From Cyclobacterium sp. (lineage in GTDB: Bacteria > Bacteroidota > Bacteroidia > Cytophagales > Cyclobacteriaceae), in NCBI RefSeq assembly GCF_014762705.1, contig NZ_JABURL010000049.1:621-64620 (forward strand): a stretch of DNA of 64,000 bases. The letters run 5' to 3'. The position numbers and the translations under genes are program-made. The notes under the pieces are model-generated. The model ran no database searches and was not told the DNA's origin. It saw only the letters and a list, made by a program, of their open reading frames with translations. Of this stretch, positions 8,467-17,716 are shown in pieces (the stretch's first letter is position 1; the number at the start of each line of letters is the position of its first letter).

Positions 8467-10986
8467 ATGAAACCTCAACCAATGAACTTATTTAAACGCT
8501 CAGGCCTGTTGCTTGTTTTTTACCTGGCCGGAATATACTTAGCTGCTCCATTCGCCCGGGCACAAAGTGGTTCGGAAATTTACCACCAGCTCCTAAAATT
8601 AAAAGAGACCAAACGGGTTTTGTACATTGCGGCTCACCCCGACGATGAAAACACCAGGTTGATAGCTTACCTTTCCAATGCCGTTAACGCAGAAGTGGGT
8701 TACCTGTCCCTTACCAGAGGTGATGGGGGTCAAAACCTGATAGGTAAAGAATTGGGAATACAGTTGGGAATGATACGGACCCAGGAATTATTGAAAGCCA
8801 GGGAAACCGATGGTGGCAGACAATTTTTTTCCCGGGCCATTGATTTTGGCTATAGCAAAACTCCCAATGAAACGCTTAATAACTGGAACCGTGAAAAATT
8901 GCTATCAGATGTGATATGGGTAATTAGAAATTTTCAACCCGATATCATCATTACCAGATTTAACACTACTCCCGGAACCACCCACGGGCACCACACCACC
9001 TCTGCTATTCTGGCAAGAGAAGGCTTCGAAAAAGCAGGAGATCCCAATGTATTTCCAGAACAAATGAAATGGGTAAAACCCTGGTCTCCCAAAAGAATAT
9101 TTTGGAATGCCTACAATTGGGGAGGGCAATACGAACCAAAAGCAGATAAAAAGTACCATAGTTTTCCGGTAGGTGAATTCAATCCATTGTTGGGTACCAC
9201 ATATTCTCAAATTGCTGCTGACAGCAGGACCATGCATAAGTCTCAGGGTTTTGGCGCTACTGCAGCCATTGGGGAAGGAAGTGATTTTATCGAATTGGTT
9301 GCAGGAGCATCTTTCGAAAGCGGACCCTTTGAAGGGATTCCCAATAGGTGGGAAAATCTGGATAAGGGCTCAACTATTCAGCATCAAATCCAGGATTTGC
9401 AGGAAGATTTTAATTTTATACACCCGGAAAAAAACTTATCAGAATTACTCGCCATCAAATCAGCCTTGAACGAAGTTCAGGAAAATTTAACCTGGGTCAA
9501 AGAGAAAAGACAGTTGATAGATGAAATCATTTTGGCGGCATTGGGTTGGAAATCATTATTCCTGGCCAATAAAGAGTTGTCTTACCCCTCTGAACAAATC
9601 AAGGGAAGGCTTTTGGTAAATCAGCCCTACAACACTGAAGTCAAATTACATGCTTTCAGGACATTGGATGCCACCTTTGAATTGGATGCCAGCGTGAACA
9701 ACAACAAACTTTTTGAATTGGAGATGGACTTGCAGATCCCGAAAAATCATCCCATTTCCCAACCCTATTGGCTTGAAAATGATCCTGAAAACAACCTGTA
9801 TGCAGTAGAAGAACAGCCCATGATTGGCAAAGCTTTTAATGACCCTGCTATATCGGGAACTTTGTATTTCGACATAAACGGACATTCTTTTGAAGTCAAT
9901 ATTCCCCTCCAGTACCGGTACACTGATCAGGTAAATGGTGAAATAATTCAGCCATTTACCATTGTACCACAGGCCTCAGTAGCGGTAGATATGGACAATG
10001 TATTTTTGCTTAACGGAAAGGAATCCATCATAGGGGTAACGGTGACATTCGAGGGTGAAATGAAGGAAGGAAAGTTGGGCATTGAAGGTTTGGATAGTGC
10101 CGCCTACCGGATAGAGGAAAGACTGGTAGATGAGGTCAATAACAGGTATTTTTACAAAGTGGCTTTATCCAATTCCAATGGGGAAGAAAAATCAAGTCAT
10201 ACGGTATATTTCCAGACGGAGGATGGGATGGTATTCAAACGGGGTATGAACCGCATTCTTTACGAGCATATTCCCAATCAAACCTTTTTTCCGGAGGCTG
10301 CTTTTAACCTGATCCGGATGAAAATGGACATAAGCAATCAGACCATTGGCTATATACCTGGTGCTGGTGATGATATTCCAGGGGTTTTAAGAAATTTAGG
10401 GTATACCGTTGAAATGTTGGAGAACGATAGCTTCGGGCCTTCGGTTTTCAGTAAGTATAATACCATAATTGTCGGTATCAGGGCATTCAATGTCAACCAG
10501 AATTTTGCCAACAGTATTACCGCATTGATGGAATATGTAAAAGAAGGCGGTAACCTGATCGTTCAATACAACACCAGTTCTCCTTTACTTTCCAGAAATT
10601 TCGGGCCCTTTCCCCTGGAGCTTTCCCGGAACAGGGTAGCTGTGGAAGATTCACCTGTGGAGATCCTGCTCAAAGATCATCCCCTAATGAACCATCCCAA
10701 TAAAATTGAACAAGATGATTTTTCCGGATGGGTGCAGGAGAGGGGATTGTATTTTCCCGGAAATTGGGATGACACCTACCAAACACCATTGCTGATGCAA
10801 GATCCCGATGAAACCCCTACTAAAGGCTCCCTTTTGTTTACCAATTATGGTCAGGGAAGTTTTACCTATTCCGGAATCTCCTGGTTTCGACTATTGCCCG
10901 CAGGAGTACCTGGAGCCGTTAAATTATTTGTCAACCTAATCGAACAAGCAGGTGAAGAAAGAGAAGGAATATCAGCATTGGAATAA
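8467..10986 (+). CDS. PIG-L/LmbE family deacetylase fused to a large C-terminal region
   Basis: Signal peptide followed by the LYIAAHPDDEN PIG-L motif and HGHH. The product is a large 839-aa multidomain protein. Confidence 0.7.
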   Translation: MKPQPMNLFKRSGLLLVFYLAGIYLAAPFARAQSGSEIYHQLLKLKETKRVLYIAAHPDDENTRLIAYLSNAVNAEVGYLSLTRGDGGQNLIGKELGIQLGMIRTQELLKARETDGGRQFFSRAIDFGYSKTPNETLNNWNREKLLSDVIWVIRNFQPDIIITRFNTTPGTTHGHHTTSAILAREGFEKAGDPNVFPEQMKWVKPWSPKRIFWNAYNWGGQYEPKADKKYHSFPVGEFNPLLGTTYSQIAADSRTMHKSQGFGATAAIGEGSDFIELVAGASFESGPFEGIPNRWENLDKGSTIQHQIQDLQEDFNFIHPEKNLSELLAIKSALNEVQENLTWVKEKRQLIDEIILAALGWKSLFLANKELSYPSEQIKGRLLVNQPYNTEVKLHAFRTLDATFELDASVNNNKLFELEMDLQIPKNHPISQPYWLENDPENNLYAVEEQPMIGKAFNDPAISGTLYFDINGHSFEVNIPLQYRYTDQVNGEIIQPFTIVPQASVAVDMDNVFLLNGKESIIGVTVTFEGEMKEGKLGIEGLDSAAYRIEERLVDEVNNRYFYKVALSNSNGEEKSSHTVYFQTEDGMVFKRGMNRILYEHIPNQTFFPEAAFNLIRMKMDISNQTIGYIPGAGDDIPGVLRNLGYTVEMLENDSFGPSVFSKYNTIIVGIRAFNVNQNFANSITALMEYVKEGGNLIVQYNTSSPLLSRNFGPFPLELSRNRVAVEDSPVEILLKDHPLMNHPNKIEQDDFSGWVQERGLYFPGNWDDTYQTPLLMQDPDETPTKGSLLFTNYGQGSFTYSGISWFRLLPAGVPGAVKLFVNLIEQAGEEREGISALE

Positions 10987-11058
10987 ACTGTACTTGCTTC
11001 AGTTGATCGTTTTGGGAATTTTGGTCGTTTTATTTTATATACTAACCGAAACTTTTTC

Positions 11059-12774
11059 ATGAGTTATCTGGATTGGGCCATCATGTTTGGCACCTTATTG
11101 GCCATAGCTGCCTATGGTATATACAAAACCTATGGTCCCAAAGACATGGAAAAGTATCTCAGGGGCGGAAATGACCTCAACTGGTGGACCATAGGATTGT
11201 CCATAATGGCTACGCAGGCTTCAGCCATTACATTTTTGAGCACTCCTGGACAGGCTTATGCAGATGGGATGCGGTTCATACAGTTTTATTTTGGGCTGCC
11301 GGTGGCCATGATCATTATCTCCGTTGTATTTTTACCCATTTACTATAGGTTAAAAGTATACACGGCCTATGAATTTTTGGAAACCCGTTTTGACCTGAAA
11401 ACACGCACTCTGACGGCCTTTCTGTTTTTGGTACAGCGCGGGTTGGCCGCCGGGATTACCATTTATGCGCCTGCCATTATTTTATCCACTCTTCTGGAAT
11501 GGAACCTCACGCTCACCAACTTCTTCATAGGGTTTATGGTAATCATTTATACCGTATCGGGAGGAACCAAAGCCGTATCCATCACACAAAAACAACAAAT
11601 GACCGTGATGATGGGCGGGATGATTTTAGCGGGTATCATTGTCATTCAAATGATTCCCGTCAAATTTACGGAGGCACTTCACCTGGCCGGAAAAATGGAA
11701 AAATTGAATATTGTCAATTTTGAGTTTGATCTTTCCGACAGGTATAATTTCTGGTCTGGTGTGACAGGAGCATTGTTTTTGTTTTTGTCTTATTTTGGCA
11801 CCGACCAGTCGCAGGTACAACGGTACCTTAGTGGGAGATCTCTTACACAGAGCAGGATGGGATTGATGATGAACGGCTTCCTGAAAGTCCCCATGCAATT
11901 TGTCATTCTTTTCATTGGCGTGATGGTTTTTGTCTTTTACCAATTTTTCCAGCCACCTGTAATTTTCAATACCATTCAGTTGGATAAACTCAAGCAAAGC
12001 GAATATGTAGACGATCTGTCCGAATTGGAGGAGGAGTATTCGGATGTTTTCCAAGACAAAACGGAAAGTATTCAGCAGCTACTGGGAGCCATTTCATCAA
12101 ACGATGAATCACAGACCAATCAATACCAGGAAGAAGTATTTGATCATTCAGCCAGACAGGAGGAGCTTAGAGAAAAGGCCAAGGCATTGATTGTCAAGAA
12201 TGATCCTTTGGCAGAAACCAATGATACAGACTATGTGTTCATGCGTTTTGTGATGGATTATCTGCCAAAAGGTATTGTCGGGTTGTTATTTGCTGTGATA
12301 TTTAGTGCAGCCATGTCATCTACAGCCTCGGAACTGAACGCCCTTTCTTCTACTACCACCATGGATATTTACAAAAGATCCATTAAAAAATCTGAAGATT
12401 CCAGGCATTATATGCTATCATCCAAATGGTTTACAGCGCTTTGGGGATTGTTTGCCGTACTCTTTGCTACTTATGCCACTTTATTTGAAAACCTGATACA
12501 GGCCGTCAATTTATTGGGGTCTCTTTTTTATGGGACCATATTGGGAATATTTTTGGTTGGTTTTTTCCTGAAGTGGGTAGGTGGAAGAGCCGTTTTTATG
12601 GCTGCCATCGTTACCGAGATATTGATCCTTACCCTGCATTATTTCAATGGAAAAACAGTGGGCGGTGTTGCCGTAGATGTAGGATATCTCTGGTACAATG
12701 CCATCGGCTGTATTCTGGTCATGGTGATAGCCGCATTTTTGCAATTATTCATGTCTCAAGCAAAAAAAGTTTAA
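11059..12774 (+). CDS. sodium:solute symporter (SSS) family transporter
   Basis: Multi-pass membrane protein with SSS-type motifs (GGNDLNWW, SGGTKAV, GTDQSQVQRYLS). Confidence 0.8.
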   Translation: MSYLDWAIMFGTLLAIAAYGIYKTYGPKDMEKYLRGGNDLNWWTIGLSIMATQASAITFLSTPGQAYADGMRFIQFYFGLPVAMIIISVVFLPIYYRLKVYTAYEFLETRFDLKTRTLTAFLFLVQRGLAAGITIYAPAIILSTLLEWNLTLTNFFIGFMVIIYTVSGGTKAVSITQKQQMTVMMGGMILAGIIVIQMIPVKFTEALHLAGKMEKLNIVNFEFDLSDRYNFWSGVTGALFLFLSYFGTDQSQVQRYLSGRSLTQSRMGLMMNGFLKVPMQFVILFIGVMVFVFYQFFQPPVIFNTIQLDKLKQSEYVDDLSELEEEYSDVFQDKTESIQQLLGAISSNDESQTNQYQEEVFDHSARQEELREKAKALIVKNDPLAETNDTDYVFMRFVMDYLPKGIVGLLFAVIFSAAMSSTASELNALSSTTTMDIYKRSIKKSEDSRHYMLSSKWFTALWGLFAVLFATYATLFENLIQAVNLLGSLFYGTILGIFLVGFFLKWVGGRAVFMAAIVTEILILTLHYFNGKTVGGVAVDVGYLWYNAIGCILVMVIAAFLQLFMSQAKKV

Positions 12775-12783
12775 AAAATAGAT

Positions 12784-12811
12784 GAGGAGCTTCTTTCAAA
12801 AGTAGCTCCTC
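12784..12811 (+). terminator. possible hairpin terminator after the SSS transporter gene
   Basis: GAGGAGCT (12784-12791) pairs with AGCTCCTC (12804-12811). The T run is displaced a few nt downstream, so this is weak. Confidence 0.3.
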
Positions 12812-13019
12812 AATAACCGTTTTTCTATAGTAGAAAAATTCGGATGCTGGCTGCTAATCCTTTACCAGGTAAATGCCTTAAATGGCAACCCATTTGAGAA
12901 TTAGGTCAAAACTCATTTTCAAAGATTTACTTGTCTGGGGGGATTTCTGTGTCTATTTTAAGGAAAATCCTTTTTTATCAAATAATAATTATTGGCTAAA
13001 ACCGAACTCCAGGACAAGA

Positions 13020-13868
13020 CTATTTTAAAGAAGAAATCAATCGTTCATTCAGGCTTACATAATCCGGGTTATTGGCTTCTCTGGCCAATTCCATGGATTG
13101 TTCTGCCGTTGCAATAGCTTCCATTTTCATACCCAGGGCAGCTTGAATTTTTGCTTTCAGGTGCACGATATAATATTTGGGGTCGGCATCTACAGATTTA
13201 TTGATCCATTCAAGAGCTGTATCAAGGTCTTTGTCATTGGTGAAATAATAGTTTGCTGCCTGAAAATAAAGCCCGGGGTTATCACTGTCCTGATCGATAA
13301 GCATTGTTTTGATTTGTTTCATGACAACCGGATCTACTTCAGTTTCTATCCTGAAGCCTATCTGACTCTTATCCCAGGCCAGCTGTAAGGTAGCACCGGA
13401 GTCTGTCAGCTCGGCAAATTGAATGGTCATGGATTCCACAGGCTTTTTTAGTTTGTTTACGGGAACAGTTACCCGTAAGGCATCGTCCTTGGCATCATAG
13501 CCCATAGCTCCCCATAGTTCGGTTTTATTGGAGAAAATCAGCGTCCACTGGTTTTTATTTGGTACAGTGTAGAATGCGTATTTACCTGCAGCTAAATTTT
13601 GTCCGTTTACCTTGATGTCTGTATCAAATTCAAGCGTTGTGGGATTGTTTGCTCCGGTTCTCCAGACTTTTCCATAGGGGACCAATTCACCAAAAATTTT
13701 TCTACCCTTTTTTCCAGGTCTGGAATAATCGAGATGAATTTCAGTTAACCCTACTTGTTGCACCACTTTACTGCTAGGGCTGGCCTGAGGCATTTTTATC
13801 TGAGAAAATCCATTTATGTGGATTAACGACAAAATTGTAATTAGAAAAAGCACATTTTTTGTTTTCAT
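13020..13868 (-). CDS. DUF2911 domain protein with C-terminal TPR-like helices
   Basis: Signal peptide plus VWRTGANNPTTLEF...GKYAFYTVPN...WTLIFSN, the characteristic DUF2911 block. Confidence 0.7.
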   Translation of the reverse strand: MKTKNVLFLITILSLIHINGFSQIKMPQASPSSKVVQQVGLTEIHLDYSRPGKKGRKIFGELVPYGKVWRTGANNPTTLEFDTDIKVNGQNLAAGKYAFYTVPNKNQWTLIFSNKTELWGAMGYDAKDDALRVTVPVNKLKKPVESMTIQFAELTDSGATLQLAWDKSQIGFRIETEVDPVVMKQIKTMLIDQDSDNPGLYFQAANYYFTNDKDLDTALEWINKSVDADPKYYIVHLKAKIQAALGMKMEAIATAEQSMELAREANNPDYVSLNERLISSLK

Positions 13869-14104
13869 AGAAATTTATAATTAGATTGTAGTTGTGATCA
13901 TCCGAAACAATTTGAGTTTACAGCACAGGTAAAATTACATGTTTATCGGTATTTAATTGTCAGGTAAATATATGCAATTGTAAATAAATGCTGTGTCATA
14001 TTAGCATTGACGTGGGAGATATTGTTTGGGGGGTTGGTATACATAAATGCTTTTTTGGAGATCGTTTTTGAGAATATTTTAATCTTTTAATCGAAATTCT
14101 TTCA

Positions 14105-15031
14105 ATGGGATTAGCAATTATTGCTCCAAATAAATCAGCAGAGGAAATCAACGCCTGGACAGGTGTTTTTAAAGAAATCAATCCTACATTAGACTTGCAG
14201 GTTTTTCCTGATATCAAAGATAAGGAGGCAGTGGAAGTGGTTGTACTTTGGCAGCACCCCAAAGGCATATTACATGATTTTCCCAACCTGCGTTTGGTCT
14301 GTTCCATGGGTTCGGGAGTCGATCATATCATGACAGATTACTACCCGGAAAACGTACCGGTTACACGAATAGTGGATCCGAGGCTGACCTTTTCCATGAC
14401 CAATTATGTGGTGATGGGTGTGCTCAATTTTCACCGTCAAATACTGCGTTATATCAAAGACAATCAATCCAAAACCTGGGACATGAGCCAGCCTGAGATT
14501 CCGGTTTCAGTAGGAGTGATGGGGGTTGGCGAATTGGGCGGCGATGTCCTGGATAAAGTTGCAGGTCTTGGATTTCCGGTAGTTGGTTATGGCAATTCGC
14601 CCAAATCATCTTTCAGACATCCTTACTACTATGGCAATCAGCTGCAGGATTTTTTAAATGAGGTGAATCTTGTTGTTTGCTTGCTTCCTTTGACACCAAA
14701 GACAATAGGGTTTCTGAACAAGGATTTCTTCAAAAAATGTCAAAAAGGAACCTACCTTATCAATGTGGCACGGGGAAAACATCTATTGGAAGAAGACCTC
14801 ATTCCCGCCATCAATGAAGGCTTTATTTCTGGTGCCTTGCTGGATGTATTCCAAAATGAACCTTTGCCAGCCGCACACCCCTTCTGGGAACATGATAAAA
14901 TTACCGTAACACCACATATTGCCAGCATCACCAACCATAAAGCTGCGGCCCCACAAATTATAGAGAATTATAACAACCTGATGGCTGGCAAACCCCTGAT
15001 CAATCAAATTAGTAAAACCCAGGGCTATTAA
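14105..15031 (+). CDS. D-2-hydroxyacid dehydrogenase, glyoxylate/hydroxypyruvate reductase A-like
   Basis: NAD-binding VGVMGVGELGG, catalytic-region NVARG, and the C-terminal TPHIAS motif. Confidence 0.75.
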   Translation: MGLAIIAPNKSAEEINAWTGVFKEINPTLDLQVFPDIKDKEAVEVVVLWQHPKGILHDFPNLRLVCSMGSGVDHIMTDYYPENVPVTRIVDPRLTFSMTNYVVMGVLNFHRQILRYIKDNQSKTWDMSQPEIPVSVGVMGVGELGGDVLDKVAGLGFPVVGYGNSPKSSFRHPYYYGNQLQDFLNEVNLVVCLLPLTPKTIGFLNKDFFKKCQKGTYLINVARGKHLLEEDLIPAINEGFISGALLDVFQNEPLPAAHPFWEHDKITVTPHIASITNHKAAAPQIIENYNNLMAGKPLINQISKTQGY

Positions 15032-15046
15032 ACCTATTAATTCTTT

Positions 15047-15883
15047 ATGAAAAACTTTACAATTCTTTGTCCTACAGATTTTTCAGAGTGCTCCCTAAAT
15101 GCCATTGAATATGCTGCCAAAATTGGTGAGAAATTGGGTGCAATATTAATATTGTACCATGTCCCTGATAGGGAGGACTACCAAAAACTTTTCCCCGGAA
15201 ACATGGTGGATGATAGCCTTCAATCAGCAAGGAGAAAATTAGACCGGCTTGTGGCAACCGTTTTGGACGAAAGTATCGGTAATGGTTTATCCGCTTGTAA
15301 AGGCATACTGCGTGAAGGAAAGACCATTCCCTGCATTTTGAATTATGCTGAAAATGAACAAGTGGATCTCATCATTATGGGAACGGAGGGCATCAATGAA
15401 GTCAAAAAGAACTATATAGGCACCAAGTCCAGTAAGGTTGTTTTGAAGGCTGCCTGTGATGTATTTATTGTCCCTAAAAAAGTTTTCTTTAAATCACCTA
15501 GAAAACTAGTCTATGCAACGGATTACCTGGAGGAAGACAAACTGGCCATTCAAAAAGTAGTTGAATTGGCCAAATTTTATGCTGCTGAAGTGGATGTGGT
15601 CCATGTCAGTAATCGGGTTAAATCTATAGATAAAGCCCAGCACCTGCTTATGGTAGAAGAGTTGAATCCTTTTATCCAATACGACAAGGTAAATTTTGTA
15701 TTGAAAAGCTACCGTGATGAACCCGGTCTTGGTCTGGAGAATTATCTGATTACCGCTAAAGGGGATATATTATTTACGCTCAGCATGAAGAAATCCTGGT
15801 TTGAACAACTATTTACCAAAAATCTCTCCAAAAAAATGTCTTATTTTATCAACAAACCCCTATTTGTAATCAAGAACCTTTGA
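15047..15883 (+). CDS. tandem universal stress protein (UspA family)
   Basis: Two Usp repeats are present (DLIIMGTEG...VLKAACDVFIVP). Length is 278 aa. Confidence 0.75.
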   Translation: MKNFTILCPTDFSECSLNAIEYAAKIGEKLGAILILYHVPDREDYQKLFPGNMVDDSLQSARRKLDRLVATVLDESIGNGLSACKGILREGKTIPCILNYAENEQVDLIIMGTEGINEVKKNYIGTKSSKVVLKAACDVFIVPKKVFFKSPRKLVYATDYLEEDKLAIQKVVELAKFYAAEVDVVHVSNRVKSIDKAQHLLMVEELNPFIQYDKVNFVLKSYRDEPGLGLENYLITAKGDILFTLSMKKSWFEQLFTKNLSKKMSYFINKPLFVIKNL

Positions 15884-16625
15884 ATTTTGAGCTTAAAAAC
15901 TGCTTGAATTCTTCTCTTGTTGTCTTTTTGGTGAATAAATCAGTTAAAATCGAAAAATAATGGCCCATACTCATGGGCTTTGGTTCATCTTCTTTGATAA
16001 AATGCGGTTCCTGGCTTGATGCTTTTTCCGGAGAAAGAGAATTCTCCGTATTTTGGCTATTTTCATAGCCGGACAACCTATCCGCTTCGGAAAAGCTTTT
16101 CCTCGATTTTTGCTGATAACCCAGTTTTTCTTCCACCAAACCCTTATTGTTGTAAGCAATGGCATCCTCAGGATCCAGTTCAATGGCTTTTTCATAATCA
16201 GCTATGGCTCCGGCCAAATCTCCGATCCTGTCTTTAAAGTAGGCCCTGCTGGAATAGCGGTAGGGATTGTCAGGATCTAAATTCAGGGCCTGGTCAAAGG
16301 CCTCCATGGCCTCTTGGTTTCTTTTCAGCAAATGAAGGACGACTGCGCGGTCGCTGATAAAAGTGGTATTAAAAGGCTCCAGAGCAAGCAATTTATCAAA
16401 ATCGCTGATCGCCATATCCAAGGCCCCTAAGCGGGATTGAACCCTTCCCCTATAGTGCAGTAATGTGGGATTCTGGCCATCTGCTTTTACCAATTTATCA
16501 AATATAAAAAGGGCCTCATTGAATTTCCCTTCTTTGTAATACGCAATTCCTTTTTCTATGCTTTCCACTATCCTCGATGTTGATCCATTATACATACAAA
16601 AATAATACAGGGATTGTTTCTTCAC
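15870..16625 (-). CDS. tetratricopeptide repeat protein
   Basis: Repeated A..Y/F..A..LDP TPR signatures. The start is uncertain (16625 or the ATG at 16595). Its 3' end overlaps the convergent usp gene by 14 nt. Confidence 0.65.
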   Translation of the reverse strand: MKKQSLYYFCMYNGSTSRIVESIEKGIAYYKEGKFNEALFIFDKLVKADGQNPTLLHYRGRVQSRLGALDMAISDFDKLLALEPFNTTFISDRAVVLHLLKRNQEAMEAFDQALNLDPDNPYRYSSRAYFKDRIGDLAGAIADYEKAIELDPEDAIAYNNKGLVEEKLGYQQKSRKSFSEADRLSGYENSQNTENSLSPEKASSQEPHFIKEDEPKPMSMGHYFSILTDLFTKKTTREEFKQFLSSKFKGS

Positions 16626-16688
16626 ACCCTGGATAATCCTTTATTCTTTCTATATTTACACTCTTGTAGAGATATTTTTAATTCAGGT

Positions 16689-17711
16689 ATGCCCAGTAAT
16701 CCGGAAAGTATTCTTAAAGACCTGGAAGGAAATAAATTTGCTCCGATATATTTTCTTCAGGGAGAGGAGCCCTATTTCATAGATAAAATTACCGATTTTA
16801 TTGAAAATCACGCTCTTCCTCCCCAAGATCGGGGATTTAACCAAACCATAGTATACGGTAAAGATTCCAGCATGGAATCTATCCTTACCCATGCCAAAAG
16901 ATTTCCCATGATGGCAGAAAGGCAGCTGGTCATCGTTAAGGAAGCGCAATACCTTCAGGACCTGACCAGGGAAAAGGGTGTACAGCAGTTATTGTCCTAT
17001 CTCCAAAATCCCCTGCCCAGTACCATTCTGGTGTTTGCCTATAAATACAAAATATTGGATGGCAGAAAGGCCCTGGCCAAAGAACTGGGTAAAAAAGCCG
17101 TATTGGTAAAATCGGATAAAATCCAGGAGTACAAGCTGGGTCCTTATATTGAAAAGTATATCAAATCAAAGGGATTTACCATTGAGCCCAGGGCATGCCA
17201 GGTTATTGCAGAATCTATCGGCAATAATATGGAAGTGTTAACCAATGAAATCGATAAAATGCTCATTAATTTTGATGAGCCCGTTCAAATCGATTCGGCA
17301 CACATTCAAAAATATATTGGTATCAGCAAGGATTACAATAATTTTGAACTTACAAAATCACTTAGCTATAAGGATGTTAATAAAGCCAATACCATCATCC
17401 GCTATTTTTCCCAAAATCCAAGATCCCATCCGATCATTCCTATTTTGTACTTGCTCTACACGCACTTTACCCGTTTGCTGTTGCTCAAAACAAACCAGTC
17501 CAGGAGCGATAACGAATTGGCAGGACTGCTCAAAGTGAATCCCTATTTTGTAAAAGAATACATCACTGCGGGAAAAAATTATCCTTTAGGCAAGATTATT
17601 GATATCATCGGATACCTGAGAGAAGCAGATTTACGTTCCAAGGGAGTAACTGGAAACAATCTGGAAGAAAGTCAGATACTTAAAGAACTCATTTTTAAAA
17701 TTCTTCATTGA
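16689..17711 (+). CDS. holA: DNA polymerase III delta subunit
   Basis: PIYFLQGEEPYFIDK...RQLVIVKEAQ is typical of HolA. I prefer the ATG at 16689 because the 25-aa N-terminal extension of the track ORF looks non-coding. Confidence 0.8.
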   Translation: MPSNPESILKDLEGNKFAPIYFLQGEEPYFIDKITDFIENHALPPQDRGFNQTIVYGKDSSMESILTHAKRFPMMAERQLVIVKEAQYLQDLTREKGVQQLLSYLQNPLPSTILVFAYKYKILDGRKALAKELGKKAVLVKSDKIQEYKLGPYIEKYIKSKGFTIEPRACQVIAESIGNNMEVLTNEIDKMLINFDEPVQIDSAHIQKYIGISKDYNNFELTKSLSYKDVNKANTIIRYFSQNPRSHPIIPILYLLYTHFTRLLLLKTNQSRSDNELAGLLKVNPYFVKEYITAGKNYPLGKIIDIIGYLREADLRSKGVTGNNLEESQILKELIFKILH

Positions 17712-17716
17712 TCAGA

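Noticed and set aside
16614-16688. N-terminal 25-aa extension of holA in the ORF track
   Set aside because: The extension (MFLHTLDNPLFFLYLHSCRDIFNSG) overlaps the divergent TPR gene start region and does not resemble HolA. The ATG at 16689 gives a typical HolA N-terminus.
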